From Flavobacteriaceae bacterium (GTDB lineage: Bacteria > Bacteroidota > Bacteroidia > Flavobacteriales > Flavobacteriaceae), in assembly GCA_029243165.1 (NCBI GenBank), contig JAQWSN010000006.1:46083-110082 (forward strand): a DNA stretch of 64,000 nt. Reading direction: 5' to 3'. Both the position numbers and the translations under genes were made by a program. Positions 9,734-19,281 of this stretch are shown here, one piece after another. Numbering within the stretch: position 1 is the stretch's first letter; every line of letters begins with the position of its first letter. The notes below the pieces were generated by a model that did no database searches, was not told the origin of the DNA, and worked only from the letters and a program-made list of their open reading frames with translations.

Positions 9734-10672
9734 ATGAAACCGATTAAAGTTTTAAAAAATCGCTCTGATATTGGTGCAGGTACTAGAGGATCGGACATGG
9801 GGATTGATGCACTAGAAATCGCTGCGATCAACGCGGGGAGTGATTTTTTTAATCGATATCCACATGTGGATATTCAAACTCATAATGAGACCGTTTACAA
9901 CAAAGTTCAAAATTCTACAGCCAAACGAATCAATTTTGTGGCAAAACAATGTTTGCGATTGAGCAAAGCAATGGCCAAAGCTTTAGAGGATGGTTTTTTC
10001 CCCATGATTTTATCAGGTGATCATTCCTCTGCATTAGGATCTTTAGCGGGCATCAAAAGAGCTTTTCCCGATCGGACTTTGGGTGTCATTTGGATTGACG
10101 CTCATGCAGATTTACATTCCCCTTTCAGTACACCCTCTGGCAATGTTCATGGAATGCCCCTTGCAGCTGCTTTAGGGAATGACAATATTGAGTACAAACG
10201 AAATACTGTTGAACGACAAGCTTTGGAAGATTGGGAAGCTCTTAAAAACATGGGAGGCAAACCGATTTTAAGACCCGAACATCTCATCTATTTTGGAGTA
10301 CGGGATTATGAAGCTGAGGAAGCCGCTATCATGGATCAATATCAGATTAAAAATTATCCAGTGTATGAGATGCGACAAAGAAGTTTTCAGACCTGCCTAT
10401 CCGAAGCATTAGCAGTGTTTGCTGAGGTTGACCACATTTACATCACTTTTGATGTGGATGCCTTAGATTGTGATTTGATTTCCCACGGTACCGGTACACC
10501 CGTTTCAAAAGGATTTGATCCATCAGAGGTAGCTCAAATTGTAAATGGAATAAGGGCTAGTGGTAAAGTAGTTGCATTGGAGGTGTGCGAAATTAATCCG
10601 CTATTAGATGAAAAGGGCAATCGAATGGCAGAAGCTGCTTTTGAGGTAATCAATGCCGTCTTTGATCATTAA
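9734..10672 (+). CDS. arginase/formimidoylglutamase-family ureohydrolase
   Basis: 312 aa. Binuclear-Mn motifs SGDHSSALG, WIDAHADLH and TFDVDALD. Confidence 0.85.
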   Translation: MKPIKVLKNRSDIGAGTRGSDMGIDALEIAAINAGSDFFNRYPHVDIQTHNETVYNKVQNSTAKRINFVAKQCLRLSKAMAKALEDGFFPMILSGDHSSALGSLAGIKRAFPDRTLGVIWIDAHADLHSPFSTPSGNVHGMPLAAALGNDNIEYKRNTVERQALEDWEALKNMGGKPILRPEHLIYFGVRDYEAEEAAIMDQYQIKNYPVYEMRQRSFQTCLSEALAVFAEVDHIYITFDVDALDCDLISHGTGTPVSKGFDPSEVAQIVNGIRASGKVVALEVCEINPLLDEKGNRMAEAAFEVINAVFDH

Positions 10673-11700
10673 TTAATTCCAAATCGGATTCCTAGGGAAA
10701 CATTGTACAAGGACTCGGGTTGGTTTTTGAATAAAGGCGAGCGGTCAATTTTTGCATAAAGAGTCATTAAATAAGGGATTGAAACATAGCCGCTAAAACC
10801 ATACACAAAATTACTTAGATTTAAATTTTCATAGAGTTCATCTTTTCGATCGAAATAACGTACTCTTTGAATATCATTTAAATTGAAACCGCCATACACC
10901 CCTACACCAAAAATAAAAGCATTGCGGTTAAACCTAGAAAAGGAAGTGTTTCCATTTTTGAAAGTACGAACGTGTCTGTATCTTCTGGAACCAAATTCTA
11001 AATGAATGGGTAAAACTAGGTTAGTGTAGATGAGTTTAATACTTTTTTCTCCATCAATATTGGATGCTCGCTTACCTAATGTAACTATGTCATCCTCATC
11101 TGAATAAAAAAATTGATCTTTTTTTGGACTAAAAGAATTGATTTGATAGGAAATTCCATAGCGAAGATTTAGAAAATCACGATAGGGGATCAGATTCGTT
11201 TTCCAAGACCACCCCAATTCTAAAAATAATGATTTTGTAAACTCGTAATCCTCCTGAAAGGGTTCGTAATCGTCCATCAGGCTATTAAGCCCAAAAGCCA
11301 AGACCAAATCATTATTTACATGAAAAGGATATTTGCTAATATTGTTTCTAGAATTGACATAAGTCTCCCTTTCTGAAGTATTAAGTTGACTCTCTTCCGA
11401 CTTTAAATTTTGATAGAGCTCTGCTTCTCTTTCAAGGTATTTTTCTTCAATTTTTTTAGCGGTTTCTTCGGCATATTCAAGTTTCAAACTGTCCGCAACC
11501 ACCGAAGTAATTTCCTCATTTGAAAAGCGTGCATTCACTTCTTTGATCTTTTGTTTTAATGCTTCACGTTCTTTTTGTGTAATGCGTTCTCTTTCTTCTG
11601 ATAAGCGATTGGCTAGATATTGATTTTGAGCTTCTTGAGCCACTAGGGCAGTGATTGCGAAGACAGCAAACAGGATAAAAAATTTTGATTTAAAGTTCAT
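10669..11700 (-). CDS. outer-membrane beta-barrel-like protein with N-terminal coiled coil
   Basis: 343 aa. Signal peptide (FAITALVAQ), a charged roughly 90-aa coiled-coil segment, then alternating aromatic/hydrophobic beta-strand pattern ending in GIRFGIN. Last gene of the sigma/anti-sigma operon. Confidence 0.5.
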   Translation of the reverse strand: MNFKSKFFILFAVFAITALVAQEAQNQYLANRLSEERERITQKEREALKQKIKEVNARFSNEEITSVVADSLKLEYAEETAKKIEEKYLEREAELYQNLKSEESQLNTSERETYVNSRNNISKYPFHVNNDLVLAFGLNSLMDDYEPFQEDYEFTKSLFLELGWSWKTNLIPYRDFLNLRYGISYQINSFSPKKDQFFYSDEDDIVTLGKRASNIDGEKSIKLIYTNLVLPIHLEFGSRRYRHVRTFKNGNTSFSRFNRNAFIFGVGVYGGFNLNDIQRVRYFDRKDELYENLNLSNFVYGFSGYVSIPYLMTLYAKIDRSPLFKNQPESLYNVSLGIRFGIN

Positions 11701-11724
11701 GAGGTAGGGTTTTTAATCAGTTTT

Positions 11725-12510
11725 TTAATAGGAATAACGATAGGTTCTTGAACGTCTTCTTTTGTTGTGGGTTTTATCAGATGATCTAGTGCCTTGGATA
11801 TGCCCTCCAAAATTTCTAGAGGCATGAATTTCTTTAGGGCTTCCATAAAGATGAATGTACCCTCCGAAGGATACTCGAGCGGAGACTTTATTTTCCGAAT
11901 AAACCTTTCCAGTTCCTCCAGCAAAAACGGCTACATTAGATTGATCCGTGATCAGGTCTTGAGCTTTACAGACTCCTCCAGTTCGGATTTTTAAAAAGTG
12001 TTTGTCAACTTTTCCGGATAGGGTAATTAGACTTCCAGTGTGCACTTTAGAAATTAACTCTGTGCCCATTATCTCTCCTGAAAACTCACTTCCTTCATGT
12101 GTTTTTAGAATCAACTTTTCACTTTTTAACGGGCGTAGCGCTTCTACTAGGGCACCTTGATGAATTTTAATACCTTCTAAATCCTCAGAATAGTAAAGAT
12201 CAACATAAGGCTGATCAAAATTGACAAGCTCTGATAAACGTATTTTGAGTTTTAAAGTAGCCCCTTTTTCTTTGATTATTACTCCATTGTACCGATCGCC
12301 ATAAATCACTATTTTATTTTCTTCAGAGGGAATCAAATTCACGATAATTCCTGAATTTACCTTAAGTACCCTAAAAGGATTTACAGAAAATGTTCTGGGT
12401 TTATCGAGTAGGTCATTTCCATAATTTTGAGCTTTTAAACTTCCTGCAGTTAAGCACAGGAGTAATAAAAAAATAAGGGTTAAGCGTTGGGTATGTAGAG
12501 TTGTTTTCAT
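11725..12510 (-). CDS. GIN-domain (DUF2807) beta-helix protein, exported
   Basis: 261 aa. Signal peptide. C-terminal region aligns by eye with the paralog at 26926..27627 (..YGSPKEIHASRNFGGHIQ versus ..YGNPKIQQTKMTGSGDIN). The unusual basic 25-aa tail is unverified. Confidence 0.6.
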   Translation of the reverse strand: MKTTLHTQRLTLIFLLLLCLTAGSLKAQNYGNDLLDKPRTFSVNPFRVLKVNSGIIVNLIPSEENKIVIYGDRYNGVIIKEKGATLKLKIRLSELVNFDQPYVDLYYSEDLEGIKIHQGALVEALRPLKSEKLILKTHEGSEFSGEIMGTELISKVHTGSLITLSGKVDKHFLKIRTGGVCKAQDLITDQSNVAVFAGGTGKVYSENKVSARVSFGGYIHLYGSPKEIHASRNFGGHIQGTRSSDKTHNKRRRSRTYRYSY

Positions 12511-12530
12511 GATATTATTATTTTTTGAGG

Positions 12531-13232
12531 TTAATTTTCGTTTTGAGCTACATTGGCTCTACTGTAACTGCTTTTCAGAATATCCAAAACCTTACGTTTA
12601 AAATAGATTTCAGAGTTTAGTTCCTCTTCAACTGAACGCAATAAATTCAATGCCTGCTTTTTTCTCCTAGCTTCTTCAGATTTGTTAATTTCTAAATGTT
12701 CAAAAGCCAAATTCATGAGTGAATCAATTTCTAAATTCAAAAGATTTTCTTCTAGGGAAGCAGACCAGACTTTGTCATTCAGTTTGTCTTTAAGTTCAAT
12801 TTGAACAATTTTTTTGTCAAAATTTGGACGCACAATAAATGGAATGATCGCCTGTTTTTCTGTAAAAGTTAAGACAGTCTCCCTCCGAAGTTTTTTTATC
12901 GATTCGGTTTTTGGGAGAACTGTCTCTTCCTCAAGGACAAAAGGTTTATTATCCAGTTCATTGAGTATTTCTTTTGAGGAGGGGCTTTCAAAGCTGACAC
13001 CCTCCGTATTTTGAAATTCTAGAAGTGAGGACTTTTGAATTGTAAAAAAGGCTGCTGTACCGAGAGCAAGAACAAAGATTGCAGCCGTACTCCAAATTAT
13101 TTTTTTCGAACGAATTTTACTTTGATCTTTTGCAAGTCGTGTTGAAAGAGTGTCCCAAAGTTCAGGAGTAGGCGTTACCCTTTGAGACTCTAGTTTTTCT
13201 TTAATTAAGGAATCAATTTTATGCTTTTTCAT
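12531..13232 (-). CDS. putative anti-sigma factor (single-pass membrane protein)
   Basis: 233 aa. Cytoplasmic N-terminus and one TM (IIWSTAAIFVLALGTAAFFTI). Overlaps the upstream ECF sigma gene by 14 nt. Confidence 0.6.
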   Translation of the reverse strand: MKKHKIDSLIKEKLESQRVTPTPELWDTLSTRLAKDQSKIRSKKIIWSTAAIFVLALGTAAFFTIQKSSLLEFQNTEGVSFESPSSKEILNELDNKPFVLEEETVLPKTESIKKLRRETVLTFTEKQAIIPFIVRPNFDKKIVQIELKDKLNDKVWSASLEENLLNLEIDSLMNLAFEHLEINKSEEARRKKQALNLLRSVEEELNSEIYFKRKVLDILKSSYSRANVAQNEN

Positions 13233-13785
13233 TTTTTTTTAAATGATTTTCGTTTATTTTTTTTTGCAGTTTTACCCTTGCTCTGGACAAATCGGACTTT
13301 GAAGTTCCTACTGGAATATTTAAAGTTTGTGCAATTTCCTTGTGAGCTAGTCCCTCAATTGCATAGAGAATAAAAACCACTTTCTGATTTTCAGGCAATT
13401 GATCAATCCAAAGCTGTACGTTTTCTTGTAACCCATCGTATGACGGTATTTCATGAAACTGTTTTTGTTCAAACACCTCTTCCGTATCCGTAAAGATCAA
13501 TTGGTTATTGAGTCTTAGAAATGATAGGGATTCATTGACAATTATTTTTCTGAGCCAACCCTCAAAATTGGAGGTGTTTTTAAATTGATTCAATTTGCTA
13601 AAGGCTTTGTAGAATGCCTTCATTAAAACATCCTCTGCATGCTGTAAGTCTTTAATGTAGTAACGAGCTACTGCTAGCATTTTAGGAGCATGCTGGTTGT
13701 AAAGCATTAATTGAGCTACTCGATCATTAGCCTTTGCTTTTTTGATGAGTTCTGTTTCTTCTGGAAATAATGCTCTAATTGTCAA
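13219..13785 (-). CDS. RNA polymerase ECF-type sigma-70 factor
   Basis: 188 aa. Region 2 (..FEGWLRKIIVNESLSFLR) and region 4 HTH (HKEIAQTLNIPVGTSKSDLSRARVKL). Confidence 0.9.
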   Translation of the reverse strand: MTIRALFPEETELIKKAKANDRVAQLMLYNQHAPKMLAVARYYIKDLQHAEDVLMKAFYKAFSKLNQFKNTSNFEGWLRKIIVNESLSFLRLNNQLIFTDTEEVFEQKQFHEIPSYDGLQENVQLWIDQLPENQKVVFILYAIEGLAHKEIAQTLNIPVGTSKSDLSRARVKLQKKINENHLKKNEKA

Positions 13786-13859
13786 AATACTTTTGGTGTT
13801 CTTCTGATAAGACGCACACTTTTACAAAAAGGTTGCAGTTAGGCGTATTTTTTTTTAAA

Positions 13860-16196
13860 TCAATGGGTTTGAGATTCAATCCTTTTTATCAAAGATTCAA
13901 AATGATTTTGGTGAATTTGATCTCCATTGTTTCTTTTTTTTCTCGCCTTTTTAAGGATTTGATCTAAGAAAGCATCGACGGTGGCAATGATCCTTGGATT
14001 TAATTTTTCATCTGCTTTAAGATTCTGGAGATGACTCGTGAAATAGGACTGCAGTACCATAATAGAGTCATCTAAGGGTAGTAGTTTCTCAAATAGCGAT
14101 TGATACAAAAGGCTTATGAGTTCATCTGGACTCAGGCCTTCCCCTAGCAGTTGGGTTTGATTGAAAAGCATGCTATTGAGTTTTTTTGTACTCAACATTC
14201 GGTTCAGAGCGGCACGCTGTAGGGCTTGCATTTTTTCGAGTGCATTATGGTCTTTGAGTTTGGAGAGTAAATTTTTATCCATCAACCAATTTTGAGTAGT
14301 CCATAAATTACGGTCTAAAAAATTCAATGCCTTCAATTGATCAGATTTGAGCACATTTTTAAAGGGAATATTTTCTTGTCCCTTTCGCATTAGCGTTTCA
14401 TTGACCCCTCCAACAACTCGGATTACATGATAAACATACCTGCGATACACTCCGATCATTTCTTTGTAGAGTTCTTCAAGGTCTTGATAGGTCTGACCCT
14501 CTTTGGTAGTCCATTGATCTAAGTTTTGTGCAACAATTTTTAGATTTTTAAGTCCGTATTTACTTGCTTTTATGGGATCGTCTCCTATATTTTCGGTTTG
14601 AGTATTGGGATCAAAACCATTGTAGCCAAACATAAACATGGGATCCATACTTTTTTCATTGACCATTTGCACTAAGAAAACTTTTTCAGTTTCTGAAGTT
14701 TCCTCAGGGAAATAACGATACCCCCATTCAATGGCATAGTCATCGTATGGACCTAATTGTCTAACGAATCGAATATTGGTATCATCGGGTTGAGCCACAT
14801 AATTGAAACGTGCATAATCCATAATTGTGGTTGCTATTCCCATTTTTTGAGTAAAACCTCCCGAACGCAGGGAATCAACAGGATAGGCTGAACTCGCTTT
14901 CATATTGTGTGGCAAGCCTAAGGCATGACCCACTTCATGTGAAATTACGCGTCGCATCATTTCTCCGATTTCCTCTTCAGGGGTGTCGAGCGTCCGTGCT
15001 TTGGGATTGGCAGCACCCGTTTCTAGAAGATATCTATTCCGATAAGAGCGCAGATGATTATGGTACCAAATGATATCGCTTTCAATAATTTCACCTGTAC
15101 GTGGGTCGGCAACGCTTGGACCTGTTGCATTTCGAGTAGTAGAGGCAACATAGCGCACCGTAGAATAGCGACTGTCTTCTGGACTAAATTCTGGATCTTC
15201 TTCTTGGGTAGGAGGATCTTTAGCGATAATGGCATTTTTAAATCCAGCTTTTTCGAAGGCTTGGTTCCAATCTTCAATTCCCTTTTTGAAATAGGGTCTC
15301 CATTTTAGGGGAGTGGCAGGATCTAGATAATAAACGATGGGTTTTATGGGTGTTACCAATTCTCCCTTTTGGTATGCCTCCATATCGGAGGGAACCAAGC
15401 GCCAACGCCGAATTAGGTAAACATCATCTGATTTTAATGCATCAGAACTGTAATTGTATTGTTTAAGCGTAAACCACCCCACACGAGAATCTTCATAACG
15501 GACTTGCATGGGTTTTTCAGGCAGTGCAATAATGGAATGATTCATTTGAAAACTCAGTGTTCCAGCTTGATTTCCTCTTGGTGGAGAAGAAGCACCAAAA
15601 GTTAATGTGTGTCGGATTTCCGTGTTTCTTGGAAAACTTTTAACTCGATCAATAAAGCTTCGTTTTTTATCCACGCTACTTAGTCCAAATTGTTTTTTTA
15701 GACTTTTTCGGACAACATTAAATCCGGGTGCATCGGAGTTAAAATAATCACTTACCTCGATAAGATTACGGTCGGGTTCTTTATTTTTTATTTCAAAAGC
15801 GGCTAAAATGGGAGGAAAATTATTTTGCTCAACGCTTAAGCTGATGGGATCACTTGATTCAGCAGTGTTGATAAAAGAGTGCTGGGTGAGTAAAATACGA
15901 TCTTCTTTTTTGGTGAATCGAATAAGAAGTTGACTCGATTTAGAACCCGCATTGGTGTAGGCGTTAAAATTTGAGGGAAGTTTCACATAGCGTGTTACCA
16001 TGAGTAAGTCTTTACCCAGTAAACTGTCATGGAGTTCAAGATACAATTGGTCTCCTTTGATGTAAGTTGTCAAGAGCCCTTGGTCGGAATCGTATCCAGT
16101 TACTAGGGAATCCAAAGGTTTTTTGTCCTGACCCGACAAGACTGTCGTTGCAGCAAAGAAGGAGATGAGAAGAATTGAAGAAATTTTTTTACACAT
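13860..16196 (-). CDS. secreted zinc-dependent metalloprotease (DUF5117/DUF5118-type)
   Basis: 778 aa. Signal peptide. Zincin motif HEVGHALGLPHN. Confidence 0.8.
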   Translation of the reverse strand: MCKKISSILLISFFAATTVLSGQDKKPLDSLVTGYDSDQGLLTTYIKGDQLYLELHDSLLGKDLLMVTRYVKLPSNFNAYTNAGSKSSQLLIRFTKKEDRILLTQHSFINTAESSDPISLSVEQNNFPPILAAFEIKNKEPDRNLIEVSDYFNSDAPGFNVVRKSLKKQFGLSSVDKKRSFIDRVKSFPRNTEIRHTLTFGASSPPRGNQAGTLSFQMNHSIIALPEKPMQVRYEDSRVGWFTLKQYNYSSDALKSDDVYLIRRWRLVPSDMEAYQKGELVTPIKPIVYYLDPATPLKWRPYFKKGIEDWNQAFEKAGFKNAIIAKDPPTQEEDPEFSPEDSRYSTVRYVASTTRNATGPSVADPRTGEIIESDIIWYHNHLRSYRNRYLLETGAANPKARTLDTPEEEIGEMMRRVISHEVGHALGLPHNMKASSAYPVDSLRSGGFTQKMGIATTIMDYARFNYVAQPDDTNIRFVRQLGPYDDYAIEWGYRYFPEETSETEKVFLVQMVNEKSMDPMFMFGYNGFDPNTQTENIGDDPIKASKYGLKNLKIVAQNLDQWTTKEGQTYQDLEELYKEMIGVYRRYVYHVIRVVGGVNETLMRKGQENIPFKNVLKSDQLKALNFLDRNLWTTQNWLMDKNLLSKLKDHNALEKMQALQRAALNRMLSTKKLNSMLFNQTQLLGEGLSPDELISLLYQSLFEKLLPLDDSIMVLQSYFTSHLQNLKADEKLNPRIIATVDAFLDQILKKARKKRNNGDQIHQNHFESLIKRIESQTH

Positions 16197-16255
16197 ACCC
16201 TTGTTTTTTCTACAATATCGTAAAAAATGTCCTCCTTCTCTAGTGTTGAGTCGTT

Positions 16256-16711
16256 TTAAGTAACTTCAAAAAAGTAACGTTCTTTGGATTTTGACTTTCC
16301 TCCAATTCGGTCGTAAAATTTAATTGCACGTGTATTGAAGGTTGGAGTTTGCCATTGTATTTCTTTAATGCCTAATTTTTTTGCTTCCAGCTGAATTCGT
16401 TCGATCAGTTGTTGTCCGATTCCAAAACCTCGATACTCTTCGAGTAAATAAAGACAATCCATGTAAACATATGGGCAGGCATCCCAGGTAGAAAATTGAA
16501 TCATGTAAGATGCGTAGCCAATAATTTTCTCATTTTTTACTGCAACCAAACAAAAAAGGGCAGGGGATTCTGAAAATAAAAAATGCCTGAGATTTTCTTC
16601 TTTCCCTTTGGCATCAAAGGGAACTCTTTCATATTCCGAATGCAGTGCACAAAGAGGAATCAGTTGGGGTACAGCATCTTTTTTTATGAAATCAATAGAA
16701 AAGGGTTCCAT
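16256..16711 (-). CDS. GNAT-family N-acetyltransferase
   Basis: 151 aa. Acetyl-CoA motif A EEYRGFGIGQQLI. Confidence 0.8.
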   Translation of the reverse strand: MEPFSIDFIKKDAVPQLIPLCALHSEYERVPFDAKGKEENLRHFLFSESPALFCLVAVKNEKIIGYASYMIQFSTWDACPYVYMDCLYLLEEYRGFGIGQQLIERIQLEAKKLGIKEIQWQTPTFNTRAIKFYDRIGGKSKSKERYFFEVT

Positions 16712-16813
16712 GGTTTTAGTTTTTTAAATTGATCTAAAAATACTATTCCCAGTTGGATAGGGTGTTTTTTGTTTCAAAAAAAATTAACTAATGGGAGGTT
16801 ACTTTTTTGGGCT

Positions 16814-17227
16814 TTATTTTTTTCGAGACTGTTCGTAAAGTCGAATCCAATCTTGAGCACTCATTTTAGTGCAAAGTTCCCCAACCAATTCAAAAGGAAT
16901 TTCATTCATTTTTTTAAAGCGAACACAACATTTACCGACATCGGGCTTACGATTTAGCTGTTTGATGTATTTCTTTTCAAACCACGTCAATAATTTTGTA
17001 TTGGCATAAAGTCCCATATGATAGAATGAGATGTATTTTTTTTGAGAAGCCAAGTTGATAAAGGGTAGGGGTAGTTTAGGATTGCAATGGTACCCTTTAG
17101 GATAAATACTGTGCGGAATGACATAGCCAATCATTCCATAGCTTAAGGTTTCTTCAAAACCTTTAGGAAGGTTTTTTAAAATGGTTTGCCTCAAACGTTC
17201 GATCAAGGGTTTACGTTCAGTACTCAA
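16814..17227 (-). CDS. DUF1801 (YdhG-like) domain protein; true start probably upstream of 17227
   Basis: 137-aa ORF from TTG 17227. The in-frame upstream sequence ..NNTLEAYIAQL continues the YdhG-like N-terminal pattern (see finding). Confidence 0.55.
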   Translation of the reverse strand: MSTERKPLIERLRQTILKNLPKGFEETLSYGMIGYVIPHSIYPKGYHCNPKLPLPFINLASQKKYISFYHMGLYANTKLLTWFEKKYIKQLNRKPDVGKCCVRFKKMNEIPFELVGELCTKMSAQDWIRLYEQSRKK

Positions 17228-17321
17228 CTGTGCGATGTATGCTTCAAGAGTATTATTTTTGAAACCATCTGGGGTAGATTTGTGGGGTTCGACTTCTAGG
17301 TTTCTTCCAAAGATATGTTTA

Positions 17322-18107
17322 TTAAAATGATTTTAGCAATCCACCATCTACGGGGATGTTTGTTCCTGTAATGTAGCTGGCTTGTTCGGAAGCTAAAAAA
17401 CATACCGCATTGGCGTATTCTTCGGGTCTGCCGATTCGTTTCAGAGGAACAGCGGCTTCCATAGCAGCTCTGACTTCAGAGGTTGGGATGCCCATTTTTT
17501 CAGCTTTTTGAGCATTGAGTTGCGCAATACGTTCGGTATCGAAATATCCAGTCAGTGTATTGTTGATGGTAATGTTATCAGGGGCAATATCTACGGATAA
17601 GCTTTTTGCCCAGGTTACCAAAGCTGCCCGAAGCGTGTTTGATAGAGCCAAATAGTTTAGCGGTTCTCGAACGGAAACGGAAGCTACGTTGATAATGCGT
17701 CCCCATTTTTGCTGTTGCATATGAGGAAGTGCAAGAAGGGTGGTGTGAACAGCACATTTGAAAAGTAGATCAAAGGCGGTTTGGTAATCGCTGAGATTTT
17801 TTTCCAAGGCACCTCCTGCTGTTGGACCTTGGGTATTATTTATTAAAATATCTACCGTATTGTTTTTAAAATAAGCCTCTATTTTTTTAGCGAAAGCATT
17901 AAAATTAGAGAAATCCACTACCAAGTATTGATGGTGTTGTCCTTTGCTTTGGTCAAGTTGTTTTGTTAGCTCTTGAAGTAAAGTTTCATTTCGAGCCATA
18001 ATGGTGACATTGGCTCCTGAATTGGCAAGTCGTTCTGCAATAGCCCGACCGATTCCTTTACTGCTTCCCCCCACAAGGGCATTTTTTCCGTTTAATTTGA
18101 TTTCCAT
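17322..18107 (-). CDS. short-chain dehydrogenase/reductase (SDR) family oxidoreductase
   Basis: 261 aa. Rossmann motif VGGSSKGIGRAIA and NNTQGP segment. Typical SDR length. Confidence 0.8.
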   Translation of the reverse strand: MEIKLNGKNALVGGSSKGIGRAIAERLANSGANVTIMARNETLLQELTKQLDQSKGQHHQYLVVDFSNFNAFAKKIEAYFKNNTVDILINNTQGPTAGGALEKNLSDYQTAFDLLFKCAVHTTLLALPHMQQQKWGRIINVASVSVREPLNYLALSNTLRAALVTWAKSLSVDIAPDNITINNTLTGYFDTERIAQLNAQKAEKMGIPTSEVRAAMEAAVPLKRIGRPEEYANAVCFLASEQASYITGTNIPVDGGLLKSF

Positions 18108-18110
18108 AAA

Positions 18111-18458
18111 TTATCTGTATTCTTCTCGTACTGGACTGAACACATCCATTAGGTTACAGGGGCTAAGGGCTTTTCCTGAATGGGGAATGTTTGATGGAAT
18201 GGGAACAATGTCTCCAGAGTTGTAAACTTTTGTTTCGCCATTTAGAGTAAATTCAAATTTCCCCGATACTACATGCATGATTTGTTCATGAGGGTGCTGG
18301 TGTTCGGGTATGGACGCTCCCTTTTCAACGGTCCAAAAGGCCCAAGTTAATTGATTTCCGTGGACCATTTTGCCGTGAAAACCGGGGACTAGTTCTTTGC
18401 TTTGAAGTGTTGCTAGATTCACAAGTATTTTTTTTCTAAAATACAATAAATGAATCAA
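18111..18458 (-). CDS. cupin-domain protein
   Basis: Cupin motif 1 PEHQHPHEQIMHVVSG and motif 2 GDIVPIPSNIPH. The start may be GTG at 18422 rather than 18458. Confidence 0.75.
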   Translation of the reverse strand: MIHLLYFRKKILVNLATLQSKELVPGFHGKMVHGNQLTWAFWTVEKGASIPEHQHPHEQIMHVVSGKFEFTLNGETKVYNSGDIVPIPSNIPHSGKALSPCNLMDVFSPVREEYR

Positions 18459-18504
18459 TTGTGCTTTTGGAGTATTTTACAGAATGGTGTTAAAAAAGGG
18501 ATGA

Positions 18505-19221
18505 TTACGAAATACTTACATTAAATAAATAACCCACTAGGGCCGTTAGTCCCATAGCAACTGTTCCCCAAAACGTAATTCGAATTACAGCTTTTACCAT
18601 ACTTGACCCTCCTGTTTTAGCTGATAGTGCACCCAAAAGAATTAAGGAGAGTGTTGTGATTCCATAGATGTAATATTCCATACCATTTAACGGGAAGAAT
18701 AATGCTACCAAAAAGGGGAGTAGCCCTCCTGCTGTAAAGGCAGCACCTGAGGCTAAGGCAGCCTGTAGCGGATTTGCCTGACTGATTTCATTGATTCCCA
18801 ATTCGTCACGTACGTGTGCTTCTAGGGCATTGTGTTCGGTGAGTTCTTGAGCTACAGTAAGTGCCGTTTCCTTTTTTAATCCTCTATTTTCATAAATAGC
18901 TGCGAGTCTTTGCAGTTCCAGTTCGGGCATGGTTTCTAACTCTTGTTTTTCACGTTCAATATCGGCTTGCTCAATATCGGTTTGAGAACTGACCGAAACA
19001 AATTCTCCCGCTGCCATGGATAAGGCTCCTGCTACCAAGCCTGCAAGGGTAGCCAAAATTAAAGATTCGCGTGTATCACTAGCAGCTGCCACACCAATTG
19101 CAATACTTGCAGTAGAAAGGATGCCGTCATTGGCTCCCAATACTGCAGCACGCAACCAATTTGTGCGATGGATGTAGTGGTTTTCTAAATAAGCATCTAA
19201 TTCAGGATTTTCTTTTTTCAT
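18505..19221 (-). CDS. VIT1/CCC1-family Fe/Mn transporter
   Basis: 238 aa. N-terminal LRAAVLGANDGILSTASIAIGVA, an acidic cytoplasmic helix region and C-terminal TM bundle, as in VIT-family proteins. Confidence 0.8.
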   Translation of the reverse strand: MKKENPELDAYLENHYIHRTNWLRAAVLGANDGILSTASIAIGVAAASDTRESLILATLAGLVAGALSMAAGEFVSVSSQTDIEQADIEREKQELETMPELELQRLAAIYENRGLKKETALTVAQELTEHNALEAHVRDELGINEISQANPLQAALASGAAFTAGGLLPFLVALFFPLNGMEYYIYGITTLSLILLGALSAKTGGSSMVKAVIRITFWGTVAMGLTALVGYLFNVSIS

Positions 19222-19281
19222 GGGGCTGGATTTAATAGTTTAAAATTAAGACTTTTACCTAACTGTAAAACAATGTTTTAC

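Noticed and set aside
11697-11924. 75-aa alternative-frame ORF inside the 3' end of the GIN-domain gene, ending in an ATGA overlap with the downstream OMP gene
   Set aside because: This was tempting as a frameshifted C-terminus, because the annotated frame ends in an odd basic tail (RSSDKTHNKRRRSRTYRYSY). However, GIN homology to the paralog holds in the annotated frame down to about 11802. There is no slippery site, and I cannot decide between the two tails without homologs. I treat it as a probable chance ORF.
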